Of a stretch of 21,024 nt of DNA, positions 7,198 through 17,000 are shown one piece after another. Source of the DNA: Gemmatimonadota bacterium (GTDB taxonomy: Bacteria > Gemmatimonadota > Gemmatimonadetes > Gemmatimonadales > GWC2-71-9); assembly GCA_003221005.1 (NCBI GenBank), contig QHTZ01000022.1:1-21024 (forward strand), in the 5' to 3' direction. The notes below the pieces were generated by a model. The model did not search any database. It had not been told where the DNA came from and saw only the letters and a program-made list of their open reading frames with translations. Both the position numbers and the translations under genes were made by a program. Every line of letters begins with the position of its first letter. Positions within the stretch are counted from its first letter, which is position 1.

Positions 7198-8008
7198 TTG
7201 CCCTGTTTGTCTCTTCGTACCCTGCCCTGTAGTACCTGTCCGCCTGTCCCATCGCAAACGTCGCCTCCCGCTCAGCCACCGCCCTCACGACTACGAGCCG
7301 TGGCGCGCTGCTCGGCCATTCCTCTATCGCCCTCTCCGTTTGGTCCGCCATCATGATGCGAATGGCCTCGCCGTGGGCGCGAATAAGAGCGGGCGGCATG
7401 AGGCGGGAAGGGGCGGTAAGGGGCGGCATAGGTTCGTCAAATCCCGGGCCAACGCTGATCGCAACGACCACATCGGCGGGGATCCGGGCCGCGACGCTGA
7501 GCGGCAGCACCGCGCGCAACCCTCCATCGGCAAGGCGACGGCCATCGAGCGTGGCCGCAGGAAAGTACAGCGGCAGCGCGCACGACGCGTACAGCACCTC
7601 GTGCAACGGAGCGTCCGCGCCGAGCGCGCCGAACAGCACCAATTCCCCGGAATCGACGTCGGTCGTGGTGACGGTGAGCGGGACCTTGAGATCGGCGAAG
7701 CGGGTCGCAGGGACGAGCCGGGCGATCGTGCGCCGCAGGGCGCCGGACTCGAGCAGGCTCGCGGCGAACATCCCCTTGAGGAGCGCCAGGGGATCGATCG
7801 CCGCGACATCTTTGCGGGTGAGCGCGCGCGCCGTCTCGAGCACCTGCTCCACGGTCGATCCTGCGGCGAACGCGGCCGCCATCACCGCGCCCATAGACGT
7901 GCCGACGATGTGGGTGATGCGTGCACCGCGCTCTTGCAGAGCCTTCCATGCGCCGGCGTGCGCGAGTGCCTTCGCCCCACCCCCACCCAGCACCAACACC
8001 ACCCTCAC
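7181..8008 (-). CDS. Patatin-like phospholipase
   Basis: LGGGGAK oxyanion loop, GTSMG nucleophile, DGG; GTG start overlaps the upstream stop. Confidence 0.92.
   Translation of the reverse strand: MRVVLVLGGGGAKALAHAGAWKALQERGARITHIVGTSMGAVMAAAFAAGSTVEQVLETARALTRKDVAAIDPLALLKGMFAASLLESGALRRTIARLVPATRFADLKVPLTVTTTDVDSGELVLFGALGADAPLHEVLYASCALPLYFPAATLDGRRLADGGLRAVLPLSVAARIPADVVVAISVGPGFDEPMPPLTAPSRLMPPALIRAHGEAIRIMMADQTERAIEEWPSSAPRLVVVRAVAEREATFAMGQADRYYRAGYEETNRAMRLCV
7391..7430. repeat. Decamer (GGGCGGTAAG-like) array in-frame inside patatin
   Basis: gggcggcatg aggcgggaag gggcggtaag gggcggcata, encoding MPPLTAPSRLMPP. Confidence 0.7.
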
Positions 8009-8493
8009 TATTCGCCTCTGCCCTGATCGTACCTCCGATGCATCACCCGCTCCGCCCTGCGCTTCGCCGCGCGGTTGTAGCGCCGCTTCTCGTCCGGGGT
8101 CTCGGGGACGATCGGTGGCACCTCGACGGGCTCGCCCGCGTCGTTAAGGGCGACGTAGGTGATGTAGCAGGAGTTGGTGTGGCGGCGCTCGCCGGTGAGC
8201 ACGTTCTCCGCGATCACCTTCACGCCCACCTCCATCGACGTCCGGCCGGTGAAGTTGACCTGCGCCATCGCGGTGACGAGCTCCCCGACCCGGATCGGCT
8301 CGCGGAAGTCGACCTTGTCCACCGACACGGTGACCGCGGGCCGGCGCGCGTGGCGGATCGCCGCCACCGCGGCGACGCGGTCCACCATCGCCAGCAGCAC
8401 CCCGCCGAACACGTTGCCCATGATGTTCGCGTGCTGCGGCATCATCAGCTCCGCGATCATCGCCTCTGATTCGCGTGGATGGCGTCCCTGCAT
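8008..8493 (-). CDS. Acyl-CoA thioesterase (HotDog, YciA-like)
   Basis: MPQHANIMGNVFGG, VDFREPIRVGE, GRTSMEVGV. Confidence 0.93.
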   Translation of the reverse strand: MQGRHPRESEAMIAELMMPQHANIMGNVFGGVLLAMVDRVAAVAAIRHARRPAVTVSVDKVDFREPIRVGELVTAMAQVNFTGRTSMEVGVKVIAENVLTGERRHTNSCYITYVALNDAGEPVEVPPIVPETPDEKRRYNRAAKRRAERVMHRRYDQGRGE

Positions 8494-8520
8494 CTGATGT
8501 CTGAGGTCTGAAGTCTCAGG
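8493..8520. repeat. TCTGANG heptamer array
   Basis: tctgatg tctgagg tctgaag tctcagg, abutting the thioesterase ATG. Confidence 0.8.
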
Positions 8521-8578
8521 AAACTACACCCTTTCCCAGCAATTGCGCCCGAGCCCACGCGCCCTACGTTTGCGGGCC

Positions 8579-9943
8579 ATGTCGCGCCTCCGGTTTCCAC
8601 ACCCGTTGACCCTGCTCGTCGCCGGCGTCTTCATCGCGACGGCCCTGACCTACGTCCTCCCCGCGGGGGAGTTCGAGCGCCGCGAAGACTCCGCGACCGG
8701 CCGGCGGGTGGTGGTCGCGGGCACCTATCACGCCGTGCCCCGCACCCCGGTCGGTCCGTTCCAGGCGCTCGTCGCAATCCCCAAAGGCGTAGCCGACGCC
8801 GTGTCGGTCATCTGCCTCGTGTTCCTCGCGGGTGGCGCCTTCACCGTCGTGGACAAGACCGGCGCCCTGCGGCACGGGGTCGATTGGCTCGCCAAGAAGC
8901 TCGAGCGGCGCGAAGCGCTCGTCATCCCTGTGGTGTCCCTCGCGTTCGCGACCGCGGGAGCGCTGGAGCACTTGCAGGAGGAAATCATCGCGCTGATTCC
9001 GGTGCTGCTCGTCCTCACTCGTCGCGTGGGCTTCGACGCCCTCACGGCGGCGGCGATGAGCATCGGCGCGGCGGCCGTGGGCGCGGCGTTCAGCCCGATG
9101 GATCCGTTCCAGGTGGGAATCGCCCAGAAGCTCGCCCAGCTGCCGCTCTTGTCGGGCTCCGCATTCCGTCTCGTGTTCCTGGCGCTCGCGGTCGGGATCT
9201 GGATCTGGGGCACGATCCGCCACGCCCTGCGGATTCGCACGACGCCGCACGCCGCGTCAGCCACGGCCGCGCCCCCCCCGCCCCCCCCGCCCACGCCGTT
9301 CGGGCCCCGGCAAGGGATCGTGCTGGCGATCGTGCTGCTGACCTTCGTTGTGTTCGTGTACGGCGTGATGGTACTCGGCTGGGACTTCGACCAGATGTCG
9401 GCGCTGTTCTTCCTCATGGGCGTGCTGGCGGGGTTGATTGGCGGGCTGCGGTTCGACGGCACGGCGACCGCGTTCGTCGAGGGGTTCGCGTCGATGGCGT
9501 TCGCGGGAATGGTCATCGGCTTCGCGCGCGCCATCTACGTCGTGCTCGCGGAGGGACACGTCATCGACACCATCGTCCAGGGCCTGTTCACGCCGATCGC
9601 TCACCTTCCGGTAGCCTTGTCCGCGGTCGGGATGATGGCGGTGCACACTCTGGTTCACGTGCCCGTGCCGAGCGTGAGCGGGCAAGCGGTGCTCACGATG
9701 CCGATCCTCGTGCCGCTGTCGGACCTGCTGGGGTTATCGCGCCAGGTGACTGTGCTCGCCTATCAGTACGGCGCCGGGCTGTGCGAGCTGCTCACGCCCA
9801 CCAACGGAGCGCTCATGGCGATCATCGCAGCGGCGGGGGTGCGCTACGAGCAGTGGCTGTGGTTCCTACTGCCGCTATATGCGGCACTGGCAGGCCTGGG
9901 GGTTGTGGCGATCGGGATCGGGATTGCGGTGGGGCTGCGGTGA
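8579..9943 (+). CDS. YfcC family transporter
   Basis: FPHPLTLL, PAGEFER, PF.VGIAQ..AQLPLLSG, VPSVSGQAVLTMPIL.PL.DLLG.SRQ..VLAYQYG, PTNGALMA. Confidence 0.9.
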   Translation: MSRLRFPHPLTLLVAGVFIATALTYVLPAGEFERREDSATGRRVVVAGTYHAVPRTPVGPFQALVAIPKGVADAVSVICLVFLAGGAFTVVDKTGALRHGVDWLAKKLERREALVIPVVSLAFATAGALEHLQEEIIALIPVLLVLTRRVGFDALTAAAMSIGAAAVGAAFSPMDPFQVGIAQKLAQLPLLSGSAFRLVFLALAVGIWIWGTIRHALRIRTTPHAASATAAPPPPPPPTPFGPRQGIVLAIVLLTFVVFVYGVMVLGWDFDQMSALFFLMGVLAGLIGGLRFDGTATAFVEGFASMAFAGMVIGFARAIYVVLAEGHVIDTIVQGLFTPIAHLPVALSAVGMMAVHTLVHVPVPSVSGQAVLTMPILVPLSDLLGLSRQVTVLAYQYGAGLCELLTPTNGALMAIIAAAGVRYEQWLWFLLPLYAALAGLGVVAIGIGIAVGLR

Positions 9944-9945
9944 GG

Positions 9946-10068
9946 GGGACGCGATCGGCGTCCAGGTCGATCCGTGCGTTGAAACGCCGGCTCGACCACA
10001 CCGCGTCCTTAAGGACGCGCATCAAGCCGAGCCGGCCCTTTAGGGCACGGGGACGCGACAGGCGCCCC
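9946..10068. repeat. Nested multi-hairpin REP-like element between convergent yfcC and nadE
   Basis: Perfect 18-bp palindrome CGCGTCCTTAAGGACGCG (10002-10019) flanked by GCCGGCTCG/CGAGCCGGC and CCGTGC/GCACGG arms. Confidence 0.7.
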
Positions 10069-10082
10069 CTGCGCCACGACTC

Positions 10083-11918
10083 CTAGTAGTCCACCGGTCT
10101 CAGATAAAACTCCCCGATCGCCGTCTGCGACATCACTGCGACCGTCGGCAGCCGCCGCTTCCAGTGCGTCGACTCGAGTCGCCGCCGCACCAGCTCCACT
10201 TCCGCGGCGGTGAAGCCGCGCGCCACGATCTCTTCGGGGCCCAGGTCTCGCAGCAGGTAATAGAGGATGCGATCGGCCTTCGGGTACGAGATCCCGAAGT
10301 CTCCTTCGTCCGTCTGGCCGTGGATCAGGTCGGCGGTGGCGGGCTTGGTGACGATCACCTCGGGCACGCCGACGTGCCGCGCCAGGGCCCACACCTGGGT
10401 CTTGAACAGGTCGCCGAGCGGGTTCACGGGAGGCGTGTCGTCGGCGTGCCAGGTGAAGTAGCCGAGCAGCCGCTCGGACTTGTTGCCGGTGCCGAGCGGC
10501 AGCGCCTGATGCTTGGCGGAGAGATCGAACAGCACGATCATCCGCTGGCGCGCCATCACGTTGCCCTTGCGCGCGGGATCGGCGTCGCCCACCTGCTTCA
10601 GGTATCCGTCCACGGCTTCACTGATATCGACGGTGACGGATGGGATGCCGAGCTTGTCGATGACGAGCTGGGCGTGCTCCATGCTCTCGGGACTCGAGGT
10701 GCGATACGGCATCCGCACGCCGATCACGTTCTCCCGCCCCAGCGCCTCGGCGGCGAGAAAGGCGGTGAGCGACGAGTCTACGCCCCCTGAGAGCCCGACG
10801 ATTCCCTTCTTGAATCCGCGGCGTACGACGACTTCGTCCTTCAGGAACGACACGAGCCAGCGGCGCGCGAGCTCGACGTCGATCGCGAGGGGGTCGCCTT
10901 CCTCAACCCCTCTCCCGACCACGTGCACCGGGACGGGGGACGAGGGACGAGGGACGGGTTGTTTCGTGGCACGAGCTGGGTCAAACTTGACCTTTGGCTT
11001 CTTACCCGTCCCGCGTCCCCCGTCCCTCTTCCCCAGGTTCTTGACGAGATGAGGCAACGCCACTTCGAGATCCGCGAGCAACGGCGCGTCGGCGCGAGCG
11101 CGCGTGATCTCCTCGAGATTCACATCCGCCGTCACGATCGCTTCCTCGAACAGGGGCCCGCGCACGAGAATCTGCCCTTGAGGACTCACGACGACCGAGC
11201 CCCCCGGGAATCCTTTCCCGCCCTCGAACCCCACAAGGCTCGCGTACACGACGTACACGCCGTGCTCCTCGGCGAGCCCTCGCACCGTGCGCTCCCAGCG
11301 CACCACGCTCGCGGGAAGGCTCACGCCGCCCTCGTCCACCGTGCCTTCGGTGCCGCGCGCCGGAGAGGCCGAGGGCAACACGATGAGCTGCGCGCCGTCC
11401 AGGGCCGCGAGCGTCGCGGTGAGCGAGTGCCAGGCGTCCTCGCAGATCAGGATCGCCGCCCGACCCCAGCGCGTATCGAAAGCCCGCACCTCGTGTCCCC
11501 GCTCCACGAAGCGCTCCTCGTCGAACACGCCGTAGGTGGGGAGGAAGACCTTGCGGTGGACGTGCCGAATTCCGGGTGAGGCGTTGCCGGAAGAGGCGGT
11601 GCCGAGTGAGGCGTACAGACAGGAGTTGTAGAAGCGATTCTGGAACACTTCGTAGAAGCCGACCGCCACGTCGAGCGGAGGCGCGTGCGCCGCCCGGTGC
11701 TGCTCGACGAGATCCCGGAACAGCGTTCCTGCGGTCACGGCGACCTCGCGCACGCCTCCCTCGACGAAGTACCCAGACGTCGCAGCCTCCGGGAACGCGA
11801 CGAGGTCGACCGGTGGATCGAGCTTGGCGACCTGCGCCAGCACGCCGCCGATGCGCTGCAGGTTGGCGGCGTACTCGCCCTTGGTGGGGCGGATTTGCGC
11901 GATCGCGAGGCGGAGCAT
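10083..11918 (-). CDS. nadE: Glutamine-dependent NAD+ synthetase (nitrilase-fold glutaminase fused to synthetase)
   Basis: FPE, HRK, ICED triad motifs; GLSGGVDSS, GNVMARQRM, GTGNKSE, DLFKTQV, KPATADL..GQTDE; ATG 11918 preferred. Confidence 0.93.
   Translation of the reverse strand: MLRLAIAQIRPTKGEYAANLQRIGGVLAQVAKLDPPVDLVAFPEAATSGYFVEGGVREVAVTAGTLFRDLVEQHRAAHAPPLDVAVGFYEVFQNRFYNSCLYASLGTASSGNASPGIRHVHRKVFLPTYGVFDEERFVERGHEVRAFDTRWGRAAILICEDAWHSLTATLAALDGAQLIVLPSASPARGTEGTVDEGGVSLPASVVRWERTVRGLAEEHGVYVVYASLVGFEGGKGFPGGSVVVSPQGQILVRGPLFEEAIVTADVNLEEITRARADAPLLADLEVALPHLVKNLGKRDGGRGTGKKPKVKFDPARATKQPVPRPSSPVPVHVVGRGVEEGDPLAIDVELARRWLVSFLKDEVVVRRGFKKGIVGLSGGVDSSLTAFLAAEALGRENVIGVRMPYRTSSPESMEHAQLVIDKLGIPSVTVDISEAVDGYLKQVGDADPARKGNVMARQRMIVLFDLSAKHQALPLGTGNKSERLLGYFTWHADDTPPVNPLGDLFKTQVWALARHVGVPEVIVTKPATADLIHGQTDEGDFGISYPKADRILYYLLRDLGPEEIVARGFTAAEVELVRRRLESTHWKRRLPTVAVMSQTAIGEFYLRPVDY
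10930..11033. repeat. Inverted pair of GGGACGR heptamer arrays in the nadE interdomain linker
   Basis: 30-nt arms 10930-10959 and 11004-11033, 44-nt spacer, all in frame. Confidence 0.85.
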
Positions 11919-11930
11919 GAGGGAAAGATA

Positions 11931-11969
11931 GACGGTAAGGGGCGGTAAGAGACGGTAAGGGGCGGTAAG
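11931..11969. repeat. (GRCGGTAAGR)4 decamer array
   Basis: gacggtaagg ggcggtaaga gacggtaagg ggcggtaag, directly upstream of the putative nadE -10 box. Confidence 0.9.
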
Positions 11970-11975
11970 TAAAAT

Positions 11976-12003
11976 GTAGGGGCACGGCATGCCGTGCCCC
12001 TAC
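11976..12003. repeat. GTAG-type REP palindrome
   Basis: Perfect 28-bp palindrome GTAGGGGCACGGCATGCCGTGCCCCTAC. Confidence 0.8.
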
Positions 12004-12030
12004 TGTCCGTCCGGTTCCTATCGCCCTGAG

Positions 12031-13252
<1,222 letters not shown>

Positions 13253-13276
13253 AAGCCCCTCCCTCCTCGTCGTTTA

Positions 13277-13317
13277 ACAATACCCTAGCACGGGGCAGCA
13301 GTTCAAGAACCGTACCG
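13277..13317 (-). promoter_or_regulatory. Candidate promoter of the DUF4384-like gene
   Basis: TTGAAC-18-TATTGT (sigma70-like) overlapping CGGTACGGTTCTTGAA (sigma54-like spacing, GA instead of GC). Confidence 0.3.
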
Positions 13318-13414
13318 CACGGCCCGAAGCGCTGCGACGCGATCTCGAGGGCAGGTTTGTCCCCGGCAGGGTACAGTTGTTCCGCGCGCGATACGTGCGC
13401 GGCGTCACAACCTG

Positions 13415-14245
13415 CTACCAGCGATCGGGCTTGCCCGCGTCGGGGACGAACAGGCTGGCCTGGAAGCGTTCCTTTCCGAATTCCCCGATCAGCTTTTGGG
13501 CTTCGGGGGCGACGAGGAAATCCGCCAGCGCCCGGCCGCCGCGGACGTTCACGCGGGGAGAATTCTGCGGGTTGATCTCGAGGACGTGGTACACGTTATA
13601 AAGGAGAGAGTCGCCCTCGACCAGTGGGACGAGCTGCAGCCTGTCGCGCCAAGCGACGTACGTGGCGCGATCGGTGAGGATGTACGCCTGCTTCTCGTCG
13701 GCGAGCTGGAGCGCCGCCCCCATCCCCTGGCCCGACTCGATGTACCAGCTCCCGGCGGGCGGTGGCGTGACCGCCGCCCGGCGCCACAGCTCGAGCTCCC
13801 GCTGGTGCGTCCCAGAGCGGTCGCCCCGGGACACGAACCGGGCGTGTCGCTCGGCGATGCGCGTCACGGCAGCGACCGCGGCGTTCATTCCTCTGACGCT
13901 CGCGGGATCCGCGGCGGGGCCCACGATGAGAAAGTCGTTGTGCATCACGAGTCGCCGCGTCACGAAGTACCCCGAGTCCGTGAGCGCCCGCTCCGCCGCG
14001 GGGGCGTGCGCCAGCACGAGGTCTGCGTCGCCGCGGCGGCCGAGCTCGAGCGCCTGGCCGCTGCCGACGGCGATCAGCGTGACGCGATAGCCTGTCTGCC
14101 GCTCGAACAGCGGCAAGAGCACGTCGAGCAGCCCGGCGTCGCGGGTGGAGGTGGTGGTGGCGAGGCGAATCTGAGTGGACTGGGCGGCAAGGGGCGGTAC
14201 GGGGCGGTAGAGGGCGGTAAGGACGACCGCGGCTCGCGCGAGCAT
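13415..14245 (-). CDS. tupA: Tungstate ABC transporter substrate-binding protein
   Basis: RLATTTST.DAGLL, VGSGQAL..GRRGDAD, MHNDF.IVGP..DPA, FVSRGDRSGTH, GQGMG; start 14245 or 14299. Confidence 0.9.
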   Translation of the reverse strand: MLARAAVVLTALYRPVPPLAAQSTQIRLATTTSTRDAGLLDVLLPLFERQTGYRVTLIAVGSGQALELGRRGDADLVLAHAPAAERALTDSGYFVTRRLVMHNDFLIVGPAADPASVRGMNAAVAAVTRIAERHARFVSRGDRSGTHQRELELWRRAAVTPPPAGSWYIESGQGMGAALQLADEKQAYILTDRATYVAWRDRLQLVPLVEGDSLLYNVYHVLEINPQNSPRVNVRGGRALADFLVAPEAQKLIGEFGKERFQASLFVPDAGKPDRW

Positions 14246-14292
14246 CGTGCCGCACTCCCGCCCCTTACCGCCTCCTACCGCCCCGTACCGCC
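14183..14292. repeat. Inverted pair of decamer arrays straddling the tupA start
   Basis: 14193-14222 versus 14263-14292, 28/30 complementary, plus an extra unit 14183-14192. Confidence 0.88.
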
Positions 14293-14316
14293 TTCTCATC
14301 CTGCTAGCTTAGCACC

Positions 14317-14817
14317 GTGGCGACCACACGCCAGCTGCTCGACGCCCTCGCCGGCGTTCTCAACGCGCGCGAGCCGTTTCCAGGCCTAGCGACGGGCGGG
14401 CAGCCGGAAGCCGCGCACCTCGCCGCTCTGAAGGCGGCGGGATGCGACGTGGTCATCGACGTGCGCGATCCGATGGAGCCGCAACCATTCGACGCACCCG
14501 CCGCGATCCGCGCGGCGGGGCTCGCCTACGTCAACATCCCCGTCCCTCACTCGGCGCCCGAGGACCGCACGCTCGACGCGGTGCGTCACGCGATGCAGGA
14601 GATCACGGCGAAACGGCAGCGCGCGTTCATTTACTGCAATTCGGGGAACCGCGTCGGGGCAGCGCTGATCCCGTACCTGATGCTCGACTGCGGATTCGCC
14701 GAGGACGCCGCCGTGACGGCCGCGATGCAAATAGGAACGCGCAGCGCGGAGCTGATCGAGGGGGCGCTCGACTACGTGAGGCGGCAAGGGGCGGCAGGGG
14801 GCGGCAAGGAACACTGA
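14317..14817 (+). CDS. DUF442/Blh-like phosphatase-fold (sulfur transferase) protein
   Basis: TGGQP, VID.R...E, AGLAYVNIPV, YCNSGNR CX5R loop; GTG start. Confidence 0.85.
   Translation: MATTRQLLDALAGVLNAREPFPGLATGGQPEAAHLAALKAAGCDVVIDVRDPMEPQPFDAPAAIRAAGLAYVNIPVPHSAPEDRTLDAVRHAMQEITAKRQRAFIYCNSGNRVGAALIPYLMLDCGFAEDAAVTAAMQIGTRSAELIEGALDYVRRQGAAGGGKEH
14780..14809. repeat. (GGCGGCARGG)3 decamer array in the 3' end of the DUF442 gene
   Basis: ggcggcaagg ggcggcaggg ggcggcaagg. Confidence 0.75.
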
Positions 14818-14848
14818 GGTGGCGGTGCCGTAGAACGCTGTGCCCGCG

Positions 14849-15211
14849 TCAGGGGTTACGGTGCCAATACAGCCGCATCTCGCTGATCTTGCCGTCCTTC
14901 GTCTCGCAGAAGATCGCGCCGCGCGTGTCGACCTGCTCTCCGGTGCGACGGCGGCGGTAGGTGCAGCGGAACTCCGTGGCGAACCACGGGCCGGCGCTGT
15001 AAATCTCACCGGACCGAAAGGAAACCTCCGCCTGGTTGGCGGGGACGTCCTTCCAGTAGTCCCGGACCGCGGCGATGCCCTTCGCCGGGTCGGTGAAGGG
15101 TGCCTCGAGAAACGTGGCGTCGGGCGTGAACACGGAGGCGATCGCCTCCAGGTCGCCCCGCTCCCACGCGACGCCGAAGGTGTCGACGAGCGTGCGATAG
15201 GCCTCGCTCAT
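14849..15211 (-). CDS. SnoaL/NTF2-family protein
   Basis: AWERGDLEAIASVFTPDA...G..AVRDYW...DGKISEMRLYW; ATG 15211 preferred. Confidence 0.88.
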   Translation of the reverse strand: MSEAYRTLVDTFGVAWERGDLEAIASVFTPDATFLEAPFTDPAKGIAAVRDYWKDVPANQAEVSFRSGEIYSAGPWFATEFRCTYRRRRTGEQVDTRGAIFCETKDGKISEMRLYWHRNP

Positions 15212-15243
15212 GGCGCCCAATATACTCACAGGAGGATCGAACG

Positions 15244-15624
15244 ATGCTGCAGCGAATCCTGGCCTCGACTGCCGTGCTCGCCTGTCTCGCGCTGCCGCTG
15301 GCCGCGCAGGGACAGCCGGCTGCCGGCGGCGGCAACGAAATGACGATCACCGGTCAGGTGATCGACGTGAACTGTCATACGACGATGGGCGCCTCCGGGG
15401 CCGGGCACAAGCAGTGCGCCCAGGCGTGCGCCAAGGCGGGCGTCGCCCTCGCCATCCTGGGGAGCGACGGCACGATCTACATGCCGGTGAGCTCGAAGGC
15501 CGGCGACCCGCAGAACTCGAAGCTGATCGATTTCGCCGAAGGCAAGGTGAAGGTCACGGGCATTCATCGCTACGTCAGCGGGCTGCACACGATCGAGATC
15601 AAGACGGTCGCAGCCGCGACCTGA
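15244..15624 (+). CDS. Secreted small Cys/His-motif protein
   Basis: SD AGGAGG, signal peptide, CH-x9-H-x2-C-x3-C motif, beta-rich remainder. Confidence 0.8.
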   Translation: MLQRILASTAVLACLALPLAAQGQPAAGGGNEMTITGQVIDVNCHTTMGASGAGHKQCAQACAKAGVALAILGSDGTIYMPVSSKAGDPQNSKLIDFAEGKVKVTGIHRYVSGLHTIEIKTVAAAT

Positions 15625-15625
15625 G

Positions 15626-16990
15626 ATGGCCCGCGCGCTGGGCGCCGCGCTGCTCGCAGCGGCGCTCGCCGCCTGCCAGCTGGCGGCGCCCAGCCTTACC
15701 CTCCTCTTCCTCGGCCGCTCACCCGCGGCCAGCATGGGCGGCCACTCCTGGGCGCCCGACCCCGACTCGAGCCGGATCGTCGCGTTCGACGGCACGCTGC
15801 GCGTCGCCAAGGTGTTCACGAGCGCGCGGCTCGCCACGCCGATCGCCGTCGCGCCCCTCGGAGGCGGGGCCAACCTGCTCGTGAGCGAGCGCACCGGCCA
15901 GGGCGTCGTCTTCGACACGAGCGGACGCGCCGTGCGCGAGTGGGAGAGCCCCGACCCCGCGGACATCTACGCCGCTGCCCTCGGGCGTGACCGCGTCGCC
16001 GCCGCGCGCTCCCCGTACGACGTGGCGTTTGTGGCGGAGCCCGACACTGCCCCCTTGCTCCGAATCCTCGACACCCTGGGAAAACCCGTCGGGCGGCTCG
16101 GCACTGTGCACCTGCCAACGGTGCCCTTCCTCGCGCAGCTCGCGAACGCGGGCGCCGTGACAACCGACGCGAGCGGCGCCGTGTATTTCGCGCGCCTCGT
16201 GCGGGACGAGATCGTCAAGTACGACGCGACCGGCGCGCCCCGGTGGAGCGCCACGCGGGGTCGCTTCGCCAAGGAGACGGATCCGGTCTTCATCCCGCCT
16301 CGGCCGGGGGCGCGCGACATCGCCGCCCGCTACGCGATCGTGAACATCGCGCTCGCGCTCGGCCCCGACGGGAAGCTGTACGCGCTCGGGGGGAGCGACT
16401 CGGCGGCGACCGAGCTGCGCCTCGACGTCCTGGACACCGCGTCAGGGAAGATCGTCGCGACTCGCGCGCTGGGGCCGCGGGAGACGGCGGTCGCGGTCAC
16501 ACGACAGGGCCGGCTGGAGACGTTCGACGCGGAGACACTGCTCGCGCGCGCGGGCGGCGGGCGGCGCGAAGCCTTCAGCCCACCGTTCGCGCTTCCCGAC
16601 CTGCATGGCGACACCGTGCGACTCGCCGCGCTCGCAGGCAAGGTGACGCTCATCAACTTGTGGGCGTCGTGGTGCGACCCTTGCCGCGAGGAGTTCCCCC
16701 ACATGGCGGAGCTGTATCAGGAGTTCCCGCGCAGCGATTTCGCCATCGCCGCGATCTCGGACGACGTCGATCTCGGCAAGATGCTCGGCTTCGTGCGCGA
16801 GTTCCGGCCGCCGTTCCCGATTCTCGTCGGCGGCGGACGGATGAAGCAGATCTACCACTACCGCGGGCTGCCGTACTCGGTGCTACTCGACCGCCACGGC
16901 CGGGTCATCGAGCGGATCTTTGGGTTCGGGGGCGCGGAAGAGTTCAAATCCCTGCGTTCCACTATTGCAAAGGAGGTTCAGGCTCCCTAG
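15626..16990 (+). CDS. Lipoprotein: beta-propeller-like region plus TlpA-family thioredoxin
   Basis: LAAC lipobox; blade-like repeats (DTSG, DTLG, DASG, DATG, GPDGKLY, DTASG); GKVTLINLWASWCDPCREEFP, GLPYSVLLDRHG. Confidence 0.85.
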   Translation: MARALGAALLAAALAACQLAAPSLTLLFLGRSPAASMGGHSWAPDPDSSRIVAFDGTLRVAKVFTSARLATPIAVAPLGGGANLLVSERTGQGVVFDTSGRAVREWESPDPADIYAAALGRDRVAAARSPYDVAFVAEPDTAPLLRILDTLGKPVGRLGTVHLPTVPFLAQLANAGAVTTDASGAVYFARLVRDEIVKYDATGAPRWSATRGRFAKETDPVFIPPRPGARDIAARYAIVNIALALGPDGKLYALGGSDSAATELRLDVLDTASGKIVATRALGPRETAVAVTRQGRLETFDAETLLARAGGGRREAFSPPFALPDLHGDTVRLAALAGKVTLINLWASWCDPCREEFPHMAELYQEFPRSDFAIAAISDDVDLGKMLGFVREFRPPFPILVGGGRMKQIYHYRGLPYSVLLDRHGRVIERIFGFGGAEEFKSLRSTIAKEVQAP

Positions 16991-17000
16991 CCTATAGCCC

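Noticed and set aside
9272-9292. C8-G-C8 runs in yfcC as a phase-variation switch
   Set aside because: The frame is intact and encodes a Pro linker; it may also be a milder homopolymer artefact; no evidence of variation
11919-11990. N-terminal extensions of nadE (and of rnz, 2902-2949)
   Set aside because: Repeat-derived sequence upstream of a -10-like box and the conserved start
11735-12030. C-terminal extension of the 505-aa ORF overlapping nadE
   Set aside because: Results from the poly-C frameshift; it translates REP and array DNA
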